63,667 nucleotides of DNA, filler included, from Ministeria vibrans ATCC 50519 (GCA_943704425.1; 4 parts of 4 records of this genome joined end to end with filler, not necessarily neighbours in it); one strand, 5' to 3'. Positions 34,401-48,739 are shown, numbered from the whole stretch's first letter. The notes: generated from the sequence alone by a model not told the origin. Program-made: numbers and translations.

Positions 34401-37267
34401 CCATCGGCTTCTCCGGTGCCTCCTGTGCTGTGGATGAGGATGAGGTGAAACTCATAATTATACTAATAATCATACATATTTATCACCGTCACTCACTGTC
34501 TCCTTGAATAAATTATAACAATACTTGTGTAGTGTGCCTCGTCTCCCTGCATCAACGGCGGCACCTGTGTCAACGAAGCGGGAGCGTTTACATGCGAATG
34601 CGTGGTCGGCTTTACTGGTGTGTCGTGTGGCGACGTGGACGATTGCGTTGGCAACATGTGCATGAATGGTGCTACTTGCGTCGATGGCGTGAGTACCTTC
34701 ACCTGCAATTGTTTGCCTGGTTTCTCGGGAGCCTTATGTTCAGTGGACATTGACGATGTAAGACACACATATATGTTCTTTTTGAGAGGGGTATCTTTGT
34801 ATGCATCTTATTTTTTTCCTTCGGCCTTTTCTTAATTATTATAAATTATTAGTGCGCTTCGGTGCCGTGTGCCAATGGCGCGACGTGCACAAACGGCGTG
34901 GGTTACTTTGCGTGCACGTGTGCTCCCGGGTTTACCGGTCCTCAATGTCAGATTAGCACGGCACCGTGCATGTCGTCGCCCTGCTCCAACATGGGTTCCT
35001 GTATCAATGTCATTGGAGGCTTCCAGTGTACCTGCATTGAGGGAATGACTGGCGAGCGTTGCGAGGAGTTTGTCAACGTGTGCTTTTCGGACCCTTGCTA
35101 CAACGAGGCGACGTGCTTTGTCGACTTTGGCGCCTACCACTGCGTGTGCCCACCAGGCTTTACGGGTCTCCAGTGCGAGACGAACATTGATGACTGCGCC
35201 TCCTCCCCCTGCAGCAATGCTGGCACATGCCACGACGGTGTCGAACATTACACGTGCGACTGCCTTTTTGGTGTGCTCGGTGATAACTGCGAGGTCGACT
35301 ACGACGAGTGCATCTCGTCGCCGTGCGTTAATGGTGCCACCTGTATTGAGTCGAGTACCTTCAACGCCTTTATTTGTTCGTGCGTCGACGGGTTTGCAGG
35401 TGCCATCTGCGAGGTGCCACTTTACGAGTGTAGCTCGAGTCCGTGCGGGGATCACGGTACCTGCAACGACAATGTCAATGGCTACACATGCGACTGTGTT
35501 GACGGGGCCACAGGCGAGTTCTGCGAAACGGACATTGACGAGTGCGAGTCGGCTCCCTGTGCCAACGGTGGCACCTGCGAGGAAACTGATCTGGAGATTG
35601 TCTCCGGTGGCGGCCCTGCCATGGGGACGCTGCCCATTTTCACTTCTCCAGCGGGTCCCGGCTACACATGCAACTGCCCGGCCGGCTTTACCGGCACCGA
35701 TTGCAGCATGGAGATTGTCGAGTGTCTGTCGAACCCTTGTCACAATGGTGATTGCTCCGAATTGGTCAACGGCTTTTTCTGTGTTTGCCACGCCGGCTGG
35801 AAAGGGGCGCTGTGTGACGAGGATCACGACGAGTGTGACTCGAGTCCATGCACCAACGGTGGCACCTGTCACAACGGGGTCCTTCCCAATACCTTTTCCT
35901 GCGACTGTGCCGTGGGATTCACCGGCAGCGAGTGTTTGGTGGATGTCGACGAGTGCGACTCAAATCCCTGCCACAACGGTGGTACGTGCACCGAAGGCAG
36001 CTCGCCCAACTTTTACGAGTGCCACTGTCCCGCGGGATTCACGGGCGTCGTGTGCACGGCACAAGTCGATGAGTGCGCCTCAAACCCTTGTCAAAATGGT
36101 GCGACGTGTCACGAGGGCGGCTACCAGTACGTGTCCGATCTGTACATGTGCGAGTGTGCCGTCGACTACACCGGCATTCATTGCCAGACTGAAATCCAGC
36201 AGTGCGACTCGGAGCCGTGCTCCAACGGTGGAACCTGCTTTGAGACGACTGGCATGGACTTTTTCGCCTGCCTCTGCGTCTCCGGCTTTACCGGCACCTT
36301 CTGTGAGTCGGTGATGGACCCGTGCGCCTCGAATCCGTGTCGCAACGGTGCCACGTGCAGTGAGAGCTCGCACTTTGTCTACGAGTGCACCTGTGCTCTT
36401 GGCTACACCGGCACGGACTGTGAGTCACTCATCGACTACTGTGCCTCCAATCCTTGTCAAAACGGCGCTTCTTGCTCCTTCCTGGACGCGATTGTCAGCT
36501 GCGCCTGCCTGCCAGGCTACACGGGCGCTTTCTGCGAGGGCAACATCAACGAGTGTGCCTCAACCCCTTGCCAGAATGGCGGTTCTTGCCTCGACGGAAT
36601 CAACTCTTTCGCGTGCTCCTGCCCCACGGGCGCTTTAGGCACCCTGTGTGAAGTAGACCACGACGATTGTGCCTCCAATCCGTGCGACAACGGTGGCACT
36701 TGCTTCGACTTTGTTGGCTCTTTTGGCTGTGACTGCGTTGCCGGCTACACCGCCCACGACTGTTCCGTCAACATCCTCGAATGCCACAGCTACCCATGTG
36801 TCAATGGTGTCTGTGCCGACTTTGTCAATGGCTTTCAGTGCCTGTGCAACCCTGGCTGGGAGAACACCGCGTGCGACGTGAATATTGACGAGTGCGCCTC
36901 CTCGCCCTGTGTCAATGGTGGCGTCTGTCATGATAACATTGACAGCTACAGCTGTTGGTGCAAGCCAGGTTTCTCTGGTACCCACTGTGAGGTCAACATT
37001 GACGAGTGTGTCTCGAACCCTTGCTTGAACGGAGCCACTTGCATGGACGGTGTCACCAGCTACACTTGTCACTGCGCCAGTGGCTATACCGGACAGTTTT
37101 GCGAATCGGACTTTGATGAGGTACAAACATAATAATAATAATAAATTTTTATTAATATTATTATTTTTATTATTATTATTATTTTTATTATTATTATTAT
37201 TTTTATTATTATTATTATGATTATTATGATTATTATGATTATTATTATGATTATTATGATTATTATG

Positions 37268-37298
<31 letters not shown>

Positions 37299-40200
37299 TT
37301 TGACAGCTCTCGCTTCATTTATTTTCTTATTTTATTTTTTCTCTTCTTTTACATTAGTGCCTTTCGAATCCGTGCCAGCAAGGTGGTACTTGCATGAATG
37401 AATTTGACAGCTACAAGTGCATTTGCTCGGAGCCGTACACTGGATACGACTGCAGCTTCCTCATTGGTCTGTGCACCTCGTCGCCCTGTCAGAACGGTGC
37501 CCAGTGCCACGAGCACAACTGGGGCTTCTCGTGCTCGTGCACCCCTGGATTCTTTGGTGTGCTCTGTCAGGACTCGGCGTGCACGTCAAACCCCTGCGCA
37601 AATGGCGGAGTGTGCACACTCAACTCGCCTCAGCAGGGTGGCTACACCTGCTCCTGTCCCACTTACTACGGTGGCAATAACTGCGAGGTACTTCCCGGCT
37701 GCCATGCTCAGCCGTGCCATCCGCTCGGCACGCAGGTGTGCACAAACCACGCAAGTGGCGACGGATTTACGTGTACTTGCAAGCCGGGCTACTATGGTGA
37801 CTTGTGCAACGCCGCATGCTCCTCCAACCCGTGCGCCAACGGCGGCACTTGTACCCTCGGTACTTTCTCGCTGACCGATTTTGTGTGCACATGCGCCTCA
37901 GGCTACACCGGCACGCACTGCGAGGCCGAACACAACGAATGTGACTCCAACCCCTGCCGAAACTATGGCACATGTCACGATCACTTTGACGGCTTTACTT
38001 GCAGTTGCATCTCGGGCGTGTACGGCGACCTGTGCGAACTGCAAGTCGACGAGTGCCAATCGTCACCGTGCCAACACGGTGGCACCTGTCACGATCAATT
38101 TGACAGCTACCTTTGTGACTGCGCCGGTACCGACTACATGGGCGTCAATTGCGAGATGCACATTGATGAGTGCGACTCGTCGCCCTGCCAGCACGGCGCC
38201 ACCTGCGTTGACCACAATGCCGCATACACGTGCGACTGTGCATCCGGCTACTTTGGCGTCAACTGTCAGTCGGAACGCAACGAGTGTGCCTCGTCGCCTT
38301 GCGAGCATGGCTCACACTGCTACGACGAGGTGAACGGTTTCCGCTGCGCATGCGCTTCGGGTTTCACCGGAGTTCAGTGCGAGCTGGACTTTGACGAGTG
38401 CTCGTCGAGCCCGTGCGAGAACATGGGTGCGTGTCACAACCAATTTGACTTTTTCCACTGCGTCTGCATGCCGGGTACCACGGGCACGCGTTGCGAATGG
38501 AACTACGACGAGTGTACCTCGGCACCGTGTGTCAATGGTGCCACTTGCCACGACGGCATTGGGTCGTTTGTGTGCGAGTGCGCTCCGGGCTACAACGGTG
38601 ATTTGTGCCAGGTGAACATTGACGAATGTGGCTCGTTGCCGTGCGCCAACGGCGCCATTTGCGAGGATCGCATTGATGGTTACATCTGTCACTGCGCCTC
38701 GGGCTTTCACGGTGTGCACTGTGAGACAAACACAGACGAGTGCCTGAGCACCCCGTGTCAGAACCAGGGCACTTGCTTTGACCAGGTCAACGGCTACCTG
38801 TGCAACTGTGTCGATGGCTTTACCGGCGCCGACTGCCAGACCAACATCAACGAGTGTGTGTCGTTTCCCTGCCAGAATGGTGCCACCTGTAACGATCTGA
38901 TCAACTCGTACACGTGTATCTGTACTCCCGGCTGGGAGGGCGTTCATTGCCAGACGAACACGAACGAGTGTGTCTCGTCACCCTGCTCGAACGGCGGCCA
39001 GTGCTACGACGAACTTAACGGCTTCCGCTGCGTCTGCGCTCCCGGCTACACCGACGCCATGTGCTCGACTGACATCAACGAGTGCGAGTCGTGGCCCTGT
39101 GTGCACGGTCGCTGTGTCGACCTGCCTGGCACATTCCGCTGCGAGTGCATCGCGGGCATAACCGGCACCGTGTGCAACCAGGACATTGACGAGTGTGCAT
39201 CGTCGCCCTGCCAGAATGGTGCTCAGTGCTCGCATGCCAGCGACCAGTACTTTTGTGCATGCATGCCGGGCTTCACTGGCACCAACTGTGACGCGGACAT
39301 TGACGAGTGTGCGTCGTCGCCCTGCGCACACGGCACCTGCTCCAACGGTCTCAACAGCTTCTCGTGTGCCTGCGAGCCGGGTTGGCTCGGTTCGCATTGC
39401 AGCAGCAAACGCAACGACTGTGCCTCCAACCCATGCGTGAACGGTCAGGGTCACTGCGACAACCAAGGAGACGCCTGGGTGTGCATGTGCCTGTCGGGCT
39501 GGACAGGACTTCGGTGCGAACTCGAGGCGGACGAGTGCTTGTCGTTGCCGTGCGTCAACGGCGGCACCTGCACCGATCACTTTAACAGCTTTCATTGTGA
39601 CTGTCCTGCCGGCTTTACCGGTCCCCAGTGCGGCCAAGATATTGACGAGTGCCAGAGTGCGCCGTGCGAAAACGGTGCCTATTGCACCGATGTGGTCGCG
39701 CCCGGTGGCTTCACCTGTGCCTGTTTGCCCGGCTTCCTTGGTACCCAGTGCGAGATCAATGTAAACGAGTGTGCGTCACAGCCGTGTCTCAACGGTGCCA
39801 CGTGCGTCGACAGTGCCAATGGGTTTGTGTGTGACTGTGTACCCGGCTACGAAGGTGACGTGTGTGCCACCGAGACCAACGAGTGCGCGTCGATGCCGTG
39901 TGAACACGGCGGCACGTGCGCCGACGAACTCAATGCCTTCTCGTGCATCTGCATGCCTGGCTACGAGGGTATTCACTGCCAACACGATGTGGATGAGTGT
40001 GCGTCGCAGCCGTGCGTACATGGCGCCTGCTACGACAGTATCGACTATTATGAGTGTGTCTGCGAGGCGGGCTTTACCGGCACTCATTGCGAGGTGGATG
40101 TGGACGAATGCGCGTCGCAGCCGTGCATCTTTGGACTGTGTCTCGACAGTGTCAACTCGTTCACTTGCAGCTGTCACCCGGGCTACACGGGTCTGTTGTG

Positions 40201-41761
40201 CCACCAGGACGTTGACGAATGTGCGTCGTCGCCCTGTTTCTACACGAGCACTTGCTTGAACCTCGAAAACGCGTACCTGTGCGCGTGCGCGCCGGGCTAT
40301 ACGGGCGTTGCGTGCGATCACAACATCAACGAGTGTGATTCGAACCCGTGCGAGAATGGCGGCTCGTGCGACGACCGCACTGACGGATTTGTCTGCTGGT
40401 GCGCCTTGGGCTGGGAGGGTGCCACCTGTGACCAAAGTGTCAATGATTGTCTGGGCCACCAATGCGACCACTACCATGGTACGTGCGTCGACGGACACAA
40501 GTCGTACTCGTGCGTGTGCGACGCTGGCTACACGGGGCTCTTCTGTACGCACGACATTGACGAGTGCGCGTCGAACCCTTGCTCGCAGTATGCCACGTGC
40601 CTTAATCTAGTGAATAGCTTTGAGTGCGTGTGCCCACCTTATCTTTTTGGTGTGACGTGCGACAGTCATGTCGACCACTGCAACTCGTACCCGTGCAGCA
40701 GCGCCGGCACGAGCAGTTGTGTCACGCGAGGCGCCGACTACGAGTGCATGTGCCACGAAGGTTACACAGGTACCAACTGCGAAACTGACGTCAACGAGTG
40801 TGCCTACGTGAGTTGCCTCAACGGTGGCACTTGCCTTGACTTTATCAACCACTACGTGTGCTCCTGTCCGCTGGGCTTTATTGGCTACCACTGCGAGACA
40901 AATGCCGAAGACTGCACGCCGCACTCGTGCCTCAACGGTGGCACCTGCAACGACGGTGTGCAGTCGTTTACGTGCACTTGCCCCCCAGGATGGACAGGCA
41001 CCGTGTGCGAGACCAATGCCGCGGAGTGTGAGTCTTCGCCGTGTGTCCACGGCGACTGCTACGACGGCGTCAACTCTTACAATTGCGTCTGCAACACCGG
41101 TTACACCGGTGTCAACTGTGAGTCGGACATTGACGAGTGTGCTTCGTCGCCCTGTCACTACGGCGGCACATGCCACGACGGTCTTGGCGCCTACTTCTGC
41201 CTGTGTGCAACGGGTTTCACCGGCGAGCTGTGCGAGTCGACTCTGCCCTTTTGCTCGTCGCAGCCGTGTCAACACGGTGGTACCTGTCTCAACGAGGTGT
41301 GCTACTGCACTCCCAACTACCACGGTAACCGCTGTGAGTACTACCAGCTGACGGCTCCCGTATCGGGTGCGGGCGCGTCAACATCGTCGGGTGCTTTGGG
41401 CTCCGGTGGAGTTGCCGGTGCAGTGGTGGGCGCTATCGCTCTTTTGGCTCTTGTTGTCGTTGTCATCTTTGTGGTGTATTCAAGGAGAGCGCGCCAGAGA
41501 AGAGCTGATGCGGTGGAGCAACTGTCGACGGGAGCTGCGGGTGCGGCGGCGCCTTCGGATGCCGCGAGCGACACTTGGGCAACATTGTCGCGTCGTTCGT
41601 CGCAAACAGAAGACGTTGCAGACACCATGTCCATTGCAAGCAGCTCTGTCTCGAGCTGGGGCCGTCGGTCGTCGTCGGTCGCGCCCATTGCAAGGGCATC
41701 ACGATCACCCGCCATGCTCACATCCGGCATTGACACGGAGGAGAACGAGACCTTATTGTGA
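31468..41761 (+). CDS. Giant EGF/cbEGF-repeat type I membrane protein (Notch/Crumbs/Delta-like ectodomain), multi-exon
   Basis: Signal peptide MRVFFALLSLCLLGVAAAN; roughly 60-70 EGF repeats (estimate; DIDEC.S.PC.NGGTC); TM GVAGAVVGAIALLALVVVVIFVVY; short Ser-rich tail ending ENETLL. No LNR, ankyrin or DSL domains seen. Confidence 0.9.
32530..33115 (+). repeat. Near-identical 267-bp coding tandem duplication (two EGF repeats per unit)
   Basis: GACATGTGTGA.ACGGACATTGACGAGTG recurs at 32535, 32802 and 33069. Confidence 0.9.
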
Positions 41762-42633
41762 GTCTAATTGTCCCCTTTTGATGATCTGTGAGCGGAGTAG
41801 TGAGAGATAGAGAGAGGTTGAGAGAGAGCGAGAGTGCAATTCATTCGAGAGAGACAAACGAAAGGTGAAAGAGTTTTTCTAATGAACTATTAATTTTTGA
41901 AAAACAATNNNNNNNNNNNNNNNNNNNNNNNNNNNNNNNNNNNNNNNNNNNNNNNNNNNNNNNNNNNNNNNNNNNNNNNNNNNNNNNNNNNNNNNNNNNN
42001 NNNNNNNNNNNNNNNNNNNNNNNNNNNNNNNNNNNNNNNNNNNNNNNNNNNNNNNNNNNNNNNNNNNNNNNNNNNNNNNNNNNNNNNNNNNNNNNNNNNN
42101 NNNNNNNNNNNNNNNNNNNNNNNNNNNNNNNNNNNNNNNNNNNNNNNNNNNNNNNNNNNNNNNNNNNNNNNNNNNNNNNNNNNNNNNNNNNNNNNNNNNN
42201 NNNNNNNNNNNNNNNNNNNNNNNNNNNNNNNNNNNNNNNNNNNNNNNNNNNNNNNNNNNNNNNNNNNNNNNNNNNNNNNNNNNNNNNNNNNNNNNNNNNN
42301 NNNNNNNNNNNNNNNNNNNNNNNNNNNNNNNNNNNNNNNNNNNNNNNNNNNNNNNNNNNNNNNNNNNNNNNNNNNNNNNNNNNNNNNNNNNNNNNNNNNN
42401 NNNNNNNNNNNNNNNNNNNNNNNNNNNNNNNNNNNNNNNNNNNNNNNNNNNNNNNNNNNNNNNNNNNNNNNNNNNNNNNNNNNNNNNNNNNNNNNNNNNN
42501 NNNNNNNNNNNNNNNNNNNNNNNNNNNNNNNNNNNNNNNNNNNNNNNNNNNNNNNNNNNNNNNNNNNNNNNNNNNNNNNNNNNNNNNNNNNNNNNNNNNN
42601 NNNNNNNNNNNNNNNNNNNNNNNNNNNNNNNNN

Positions 42634-42685
<52 letters not shown>

Positions 42686-42689
42686 ATAA

Positions 42690-42890
42690 TAAATCTTTGT
42701 TGTCGCTTATGTCGTTAAGGCTTGCCTGAGTGAGCCCTTCGACGTTGTTTTTATACGCCTGAACCCCTTCGTCGCCATCGTCGGCAAACTCAATGGTACA
42801 GTGTGGAACAACACGGCGTACTATGGCACTCACAACCTATCAAGACACACAGGGGAAATGTTGAAAAAATTGATATTGAATTTTTCAAAC

Positions 42891-42931
<41 letters not shown>

Positions 42932-44379
42932 TTAATAATAATTTTATTATTATTATTATTATTGTAATTGCCAATGTACCTTTTGATTGGTGAAGTTATC
43001 TTCAACAATGAGAATGTGCAGATGTGGTATGTCACTCGCCAAGGGTTCGGCGGCTGAATCTGATGTAGCCGCAGCGACGAGCAAATCAGTGCGGGAGGTG
43101 GAGGAGGCGTGGGAGACAACAGAGGCGGTGCGCGCCAGGCTAGTGCGCGAAAGGTTGGTGTGCGAGAGGCTAGTGTGCGAGAGGTTGGTATGCGAGAGGT
43201 TGGTACTCGAAAGGCTGGTGTGCGATAGGTTGGCGCTCGAGAGGCTGCTGTGAGAGAGGTTGGTTTGCGAGAAGCTTGCGCGGTGGGACAGGAAGCGCTC
43301 TTCGTCTTCGTCAATGTCAGGGAAGGCAGTGGCAACCTCTTGCATGGAGCTGTGAGACTCGCCGGACTGAGACTGGACCTTACGCATCTGCGGAGGGCTG
43401 AGCATGATCAGAGAGACACGGTCGGAGCGAAGCGAAGCGGCCTCTATAACGGAGGCGCGGCGCAAGTTGACTGCAATGCGACGGAGCAGAACCGCAGCGC
43501 AGAGATCACTGGTACGTGAAAGCACACCATCAAACTCCATCCGCTCACATGCCCTGTGTGCACCGGCGGGATCGCTGCAGGAGACGCTGACGACGTATGA
43601 TGAGATGCTCGACGGAAAGTAGGCGGGTCGCGTGAAGTCGGCGGTAAGCTTATCGCGTGCCACACTCAAGTGGATGCCCTTCCACAGGTCGTACGATACA
43701 AGCACCATTTTGTAACGATCACCCTTGTTGCGAGCAAGGTCGATGAGAGCCTCAGACGACAAGGCAATGTCAACTGTATCAGCGCCCTCAAGTGTAAGTG
43801 CGTCTACAAGGGGAGCGACAAGGACTTTGGTAGAGGCGGGCATAGCAATGAGAACACTGGCCGCCTTGACACGCACGGGTGCATGGAGTACCCACTCACC
43901 AATGCCCTTATTAACCGACTCGCCACCGTCATCATCTGCCTCTTGCATGGACGTGGTCAAGTACAGCCCAGTGCCAACGGGCACGCCTCCACAGCTCTGA
44001 TCCTCACCCTCACCCTCGTCGCCGTCGTCGCTGCCGTTGACCGACGAACATGCTTCACGAACACCTGTGGGTGTCCGTGATGCCTCATCGCCGTTGCACA
44101 GTGAGTTGCCTGAAAGGGGCGTGTGACTGCGCTGCAGCGCAAACGTGATGGTAAAAGTGGACCCAACGCCCAATTCCGTCTGGCTCACCCACACGTCACC
44201 TCCCATCATGTGCACCAGATTGCGTACAATGCTCAGACCAAGCCCAGTGCCGCCAAATCTGCAAGAGCACAATTTACAAGGGTTAAGCATTCGAGAGAGA
44301 ATGAAACACATGGTAGATAGAGCGAGAAGATAGACAGAGCGATAAGCGAAGCAATAGAGCGAGAAGAGAGACAGAGCGG

Positions 44380-44425
<46 letters not shown>

Positions 44426-47400
44426 AGTGATAGAGAGAGAGAAACAAAGTGATAGAGAGAGAGAACAGATAGAGAGAGAGAGAACAAATAGAGAGAGAGA
44501 ACAAATAGAGAGAGAGAACAAATAGAGAGAGAGAACAAATAGAGAGAGAGAACAAATAGAGAGAGAGAACAAATAGAGAGAGAGAACAGATAGAGAGAGA
44601 GAACAAATAGAGAGAGAGAACAGATAGAGAGAGAGAACAAATAGAGAGAGAGAACAAATAGAGAGAGAGAACAAATAGAGAGAGAGAACAAATAGAGAGA
44701 GAGAACAGATAGAGAGAGAGAACAGATAGAGAGAGAGAACAAATAGAGAGAGAGAACAGATAGAGAGAGAGAGAACAAATAGAGAGAGAGAACAAATAGA
44801 GAGAGAGAACAAATAGAGAGAGAGAACAAATAGAGAGAGAGAACAAAGTGGTAGAGAGAGAGAGAGAAGCGGTGCGATCGTACTTTCTTGCAATTGAATT
44901 GTCTGCTTGCAAAAACAACTCGAAGACCTTCTCGCGCGCATGCTCGGCGATGCCACAGCCTGTGTCGGTTACAGTTACAGTATAGTTGATGGTGCGCACG
45001 TCCTGCGTGGGCTCAGCTGGTTTCGACGTGAGGTACACGCGGATGCTCCCGCGTTTGGTGAACTTGTTCGCATTGCCCAACAGATTGTAAAAAATCTAAC
45101 ACATCATGTTCATAGTTGATAAAATGATATGTAAAGAGGAAAGTGTGTACCTGTGAGACGCGCATTCGGTCAAACTCGACAAAGGACATGTCGAAGCAAG
45201 GATCAACGTCGAGAATGAGAATAACATCTTCCTTTGTTTTGACCACATCGACACAGTTGGCAATAGTTTGCAGCAGCGAATTGGATTCCAGCTCAAGGAA
45301 GAGTTGTTGATGTTCAATCTACCACCAAGATAATGAGTGTCAGAACGAATGACATCGTATAAATTATAATTATAATATTATTATATTTTACCTTTGACAG
45401 GTCTAACATATCATTGAGGAGCGCCATGAGAAGATCAGTTGAGTGTTTCAGAGTAAACAAGTGCTCTCGTTGCTCCTCAAGACTGGCACGACCGGAGAAA
45501 CGCGGGTCCAGAAGAAGATCAAGAGTGCCCAAAATGCCACCCATTGGAGTGCGGATTTCGTGAGACATTTGAGCAAGGAAGAGATCTAAAAAGACATGAG
45601 CCGATTAAAATTATTTTAGTGCTCCTGGAGGGAAATGTTGGCACCTTTCGCTTTGGACTGCTTGATGGCGGCGGAGCGTTGCGTGACAAGGGTAGAGACG
45701 TCATCACAGATAAGTCCCACGTTGACGAGCAGACCGCCTCGGTGAATGGGAAACACAGAGGCAAGCATGGTGACATCGCGGACTATTTCCGACTGGTTCA
45801 TTTCCGTGAGAGGCATGGAGGAGGTAACAGGACCGACGCCGCCCGATTGATCGCAACTGCTGGGATTGCTGACGACGGAACGACAGTCGCTGACGGTGAG
45901 GGCAATTTCGTAGTCAAGAACCGGCTTGCCCGTGTGAAAAACCTCTTGAATGGCGGGCTCGATGAGCGAGGCAAAGTCTGCGTTGAGAAGAGCAAGCTCC
46001 ATGCCAACGACGGCGTCTGACGATTCAGGCATGTTGCTCATGTGGGTGCGCCCGAGACGCACAATAGCATTGTTGGCGCGCACAAAGCGACGGTTCTGGT
46101 CTGTCACGGCAATGCCCACAGGCGCACTGTGATAGATCGCGTCGACCTCAGCCAAGAGCTACACAAAGGACGCCACATTTTTTTTTAAAAAAAAACAGTA
46201 AATTGTACAGTGAGAGAGTGTGTGGGTGTGAGTAGTACCTCTGATTTTTGATTGAGGACACTCTGACGAGAGCGATAGAGGAAGACGGCAATGGCACAAA
46301 TGAGGGACATAACGAGAGTGAGAATCACAACGGCAACGAGAGAGCCCGACGGCTGCTGCGGTTCCGTGTTGATGGCAGTCACTACACAAATGCAAAGTGT
46401 ACAAAGTCAATATACAACAACATTATATTATATTTTATTATAATAATAATAAAAATAATAATAATTATTATAATATAATAATTTCTTCTCTCTCCTGTTA
46501 CTATCACTCTCTCAATCATTTTGTTTTTCTCTCTTGATCTCACTTTCTCCCTTCTCTCTCTGTCTCTCTATCATTTTTTTTTCCTCCTCCCTCTCTCTCC
46601 ATCACTTTGTTTCTTTGTCTGTTTCTATTTCCCGCCGATCTCTCTCTATCTCTCTGTCTCTCAATCTCTCTGTCCTTTCTGTGTGACTGACTGTCACCGT
46701 GTAATCTTCTTTTTTGTTGTTGTACCGACAAGGAGTCGTCCAGCAATGACTCGCGACACAGTGACTTGGTTGGATCGAATAGGAGTGCCAGGAGTATTTT
46801 CGGGGACGGTGCCACGCGGGACTGACACAGGACCCTGAGGGGAGGAGCACGCAGATGCCCAGTAGCTATGCCATGTGCAGAATTTCATTGTGACAGAGAG
46901 AAAGCCAGAAGACAAGTAGAAAGGGAAGTGAAGTATGTGTGAGTGAGTGGATAGAACGAGCAAGCGGGCGATGAGAGACGTCTTCATGCTACCTTGGCTC
47001 GGCCTGGCTTGTGTGGTCCACAACGGAAATGCAAAACGAGCAGCTGGCTAGTGCACTCGTGTCAAATGCTCTGCGCACAGCCACATCCGTTTGGATGGTG
47101 GCGAGGATGTAGCCCAAGATGGAGCCTTTGACAACCTGCGATACAATCATAGGGCGTAGTCCTGAGGAAGAAAGAGAAAGAACAACAAAAGCGTATCAGA
47201 GAGACTCACACTTGTCAACTCGTTCTTATAATTTTTCGTTGAAACCTGGAAGGCTCTCGTCGGGCCCCACGTTACAGATGAGACCGGAAATCAAGGGCTG
47301 GTCGCTTTGGATAACGGCATCTCGTGTGTCCAGAAAGGCCAAGTCGGTGTTGAGGTTGAAGAGAAACGACGAAGGCGAAGCGGGTGCCTAGACACACATT

Positions 47401-47863
47401 CGCATACACATCGACAGGTTAGAAAATGCAATGGCACACCAAATGCTTTTCTACCGGATTCATGTATAGTATTGGAATGTAGCTGGAGCGGATGGAATCA
47501 ATTTGGCGATCGCATGTGGCGTTTGAGACGAGACCTGTGAAGTTGAGGGGCGTTGACGAGCCGAGCTCGGCTGCAGCAGTCTGCTCGGTCTGCACACGCT
47601 CACTTTGTGACACGATGGGCGCCCAGTTCATTTGCTACAAAGAAACACACCGGAGAGGTTAGAATTGAAACATGAACACGATCGCAGCGTACATCGATGG
47701 TGGAAGTGGAGTTGACGAGGCGCGAAGTAAACAAATTGAACTCGTCGCGATCCACAAACCTCGACGCCAAAAAGAACCCCACCGTGGTAAACACCTTCCC
47801 AGACTCAACGAGAAGAATTCCTTCAAAGGTGTTGACCGCCGTTGACACGCAGCCAAGAAACGC
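42690..47863 (-). CDS. CHASE-TM-PAS-HisKA-HATPase-receiver hybrid histidine kinase (both ends truncated)
   Basis: CHASE-like FVDRDEFNLF..NWAP..; TM LVAVVILTLVMSLICAIAVFL; PAS IYHSAPVGIAVTD..RRFVRAN; H-box SHEIRTPMGGILG; N/G1/F/G2 boxes GNANKFT, DTGCGI, FELFLQAD, GGTGLGLSIV; receiver HILIVEDNFTNQKV. Confidence 0.88.
44380..44870. repeat. Intronic minisatellite (about 18-bp unit GAGAGAGAGAACA(A/G)ATA)
   Basis: Directly visible tandem array. Confidence 0.95.
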
Positions 47864-47875
47864 TAAGAAGCAAAA

Positions 47876-47975
<100 letters not shown>

Positions 47976-48019
47976 NNNNNNNNNNNNNNNNNNNNNNNNN
48001 NNNNNNNNNNNNNNNNNNN

Positions 48020-48031
48020 TTAATTAATTAA
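48020..48031. other. Artificial scaffold linker
   Basis: TTAATTAATTAA inside N runs. Confidence 0.95.
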
Positions 48032-48075
48032 NNNNNNNNNNNNNNNNNNNNNNNNNNNNNNNNNNNNNNNNNNNN

Positions 48076-48131
<56 letters not shown>

Positions 48132-48219
48132 CGAGAGAGAGACAGAGAGAGACAGAGAGAGACAGAGAGCGAGAGAGAGAGAGAGACAGAGACAGAGAGA
48201 GAGACAGAGAGGGAGAGAG

Positions 48220-48320
<101 letters not shown>

Positions 48321-48504
48321 TGATAGAGAGAGAGGAGGAAGAAAGAAACAAAGTGATAGAGAGAGAGAGAGAGAGAGAGGAGAAAGAAAGAAACAAAGTG
48401 ATAGAGAGAGAGAGAGAGGAAAAAGAAAGAAACAAAGTGATAGAGAGAGAGAGAGACGTGACAAAAAAGAAAAAAGAAAAAATTAATGAGACTCAATGAG
48501 TTCC

Positions 48505-48739
48505 TTTCCTTCTGCCAACGGCAACCCAGGCTCCCTCTGGGGGGTGACCGGATGCGTCTGGTGCTGCTGCACCTGCAGTCGGTCGTACCCTGCGCCTGCA
48601 GCGCCAGTCCTTTGTGGATGGCCTTCTTCGCCTCAATCTTCCGCCGTTTCTGTCGCTTTTCAGGCGCCTGCAGCCGCTTCCTCGGCACCGCGTTCGCCGA
48701 GTCGTCCAGTGGCAGTGGCACTCCTTGGTGACGCCCCAT
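48505..48739 (-). CDS. Possible first exon of an unknown basic protein (truncated at scaffold end)
   Basis: MGRHQGVPLPLDD..EKRQKRRKIEAKK ORF running into a microsatellite intron. Confidence 0.35.

Noticed and set aside
32390-41323. Long antisense and alternative-frame ORFs over the EGF gene and other GC-rich genes
   Set aside because: Shadow ORFs caused by codon bias and repeats; no recognisable domains.
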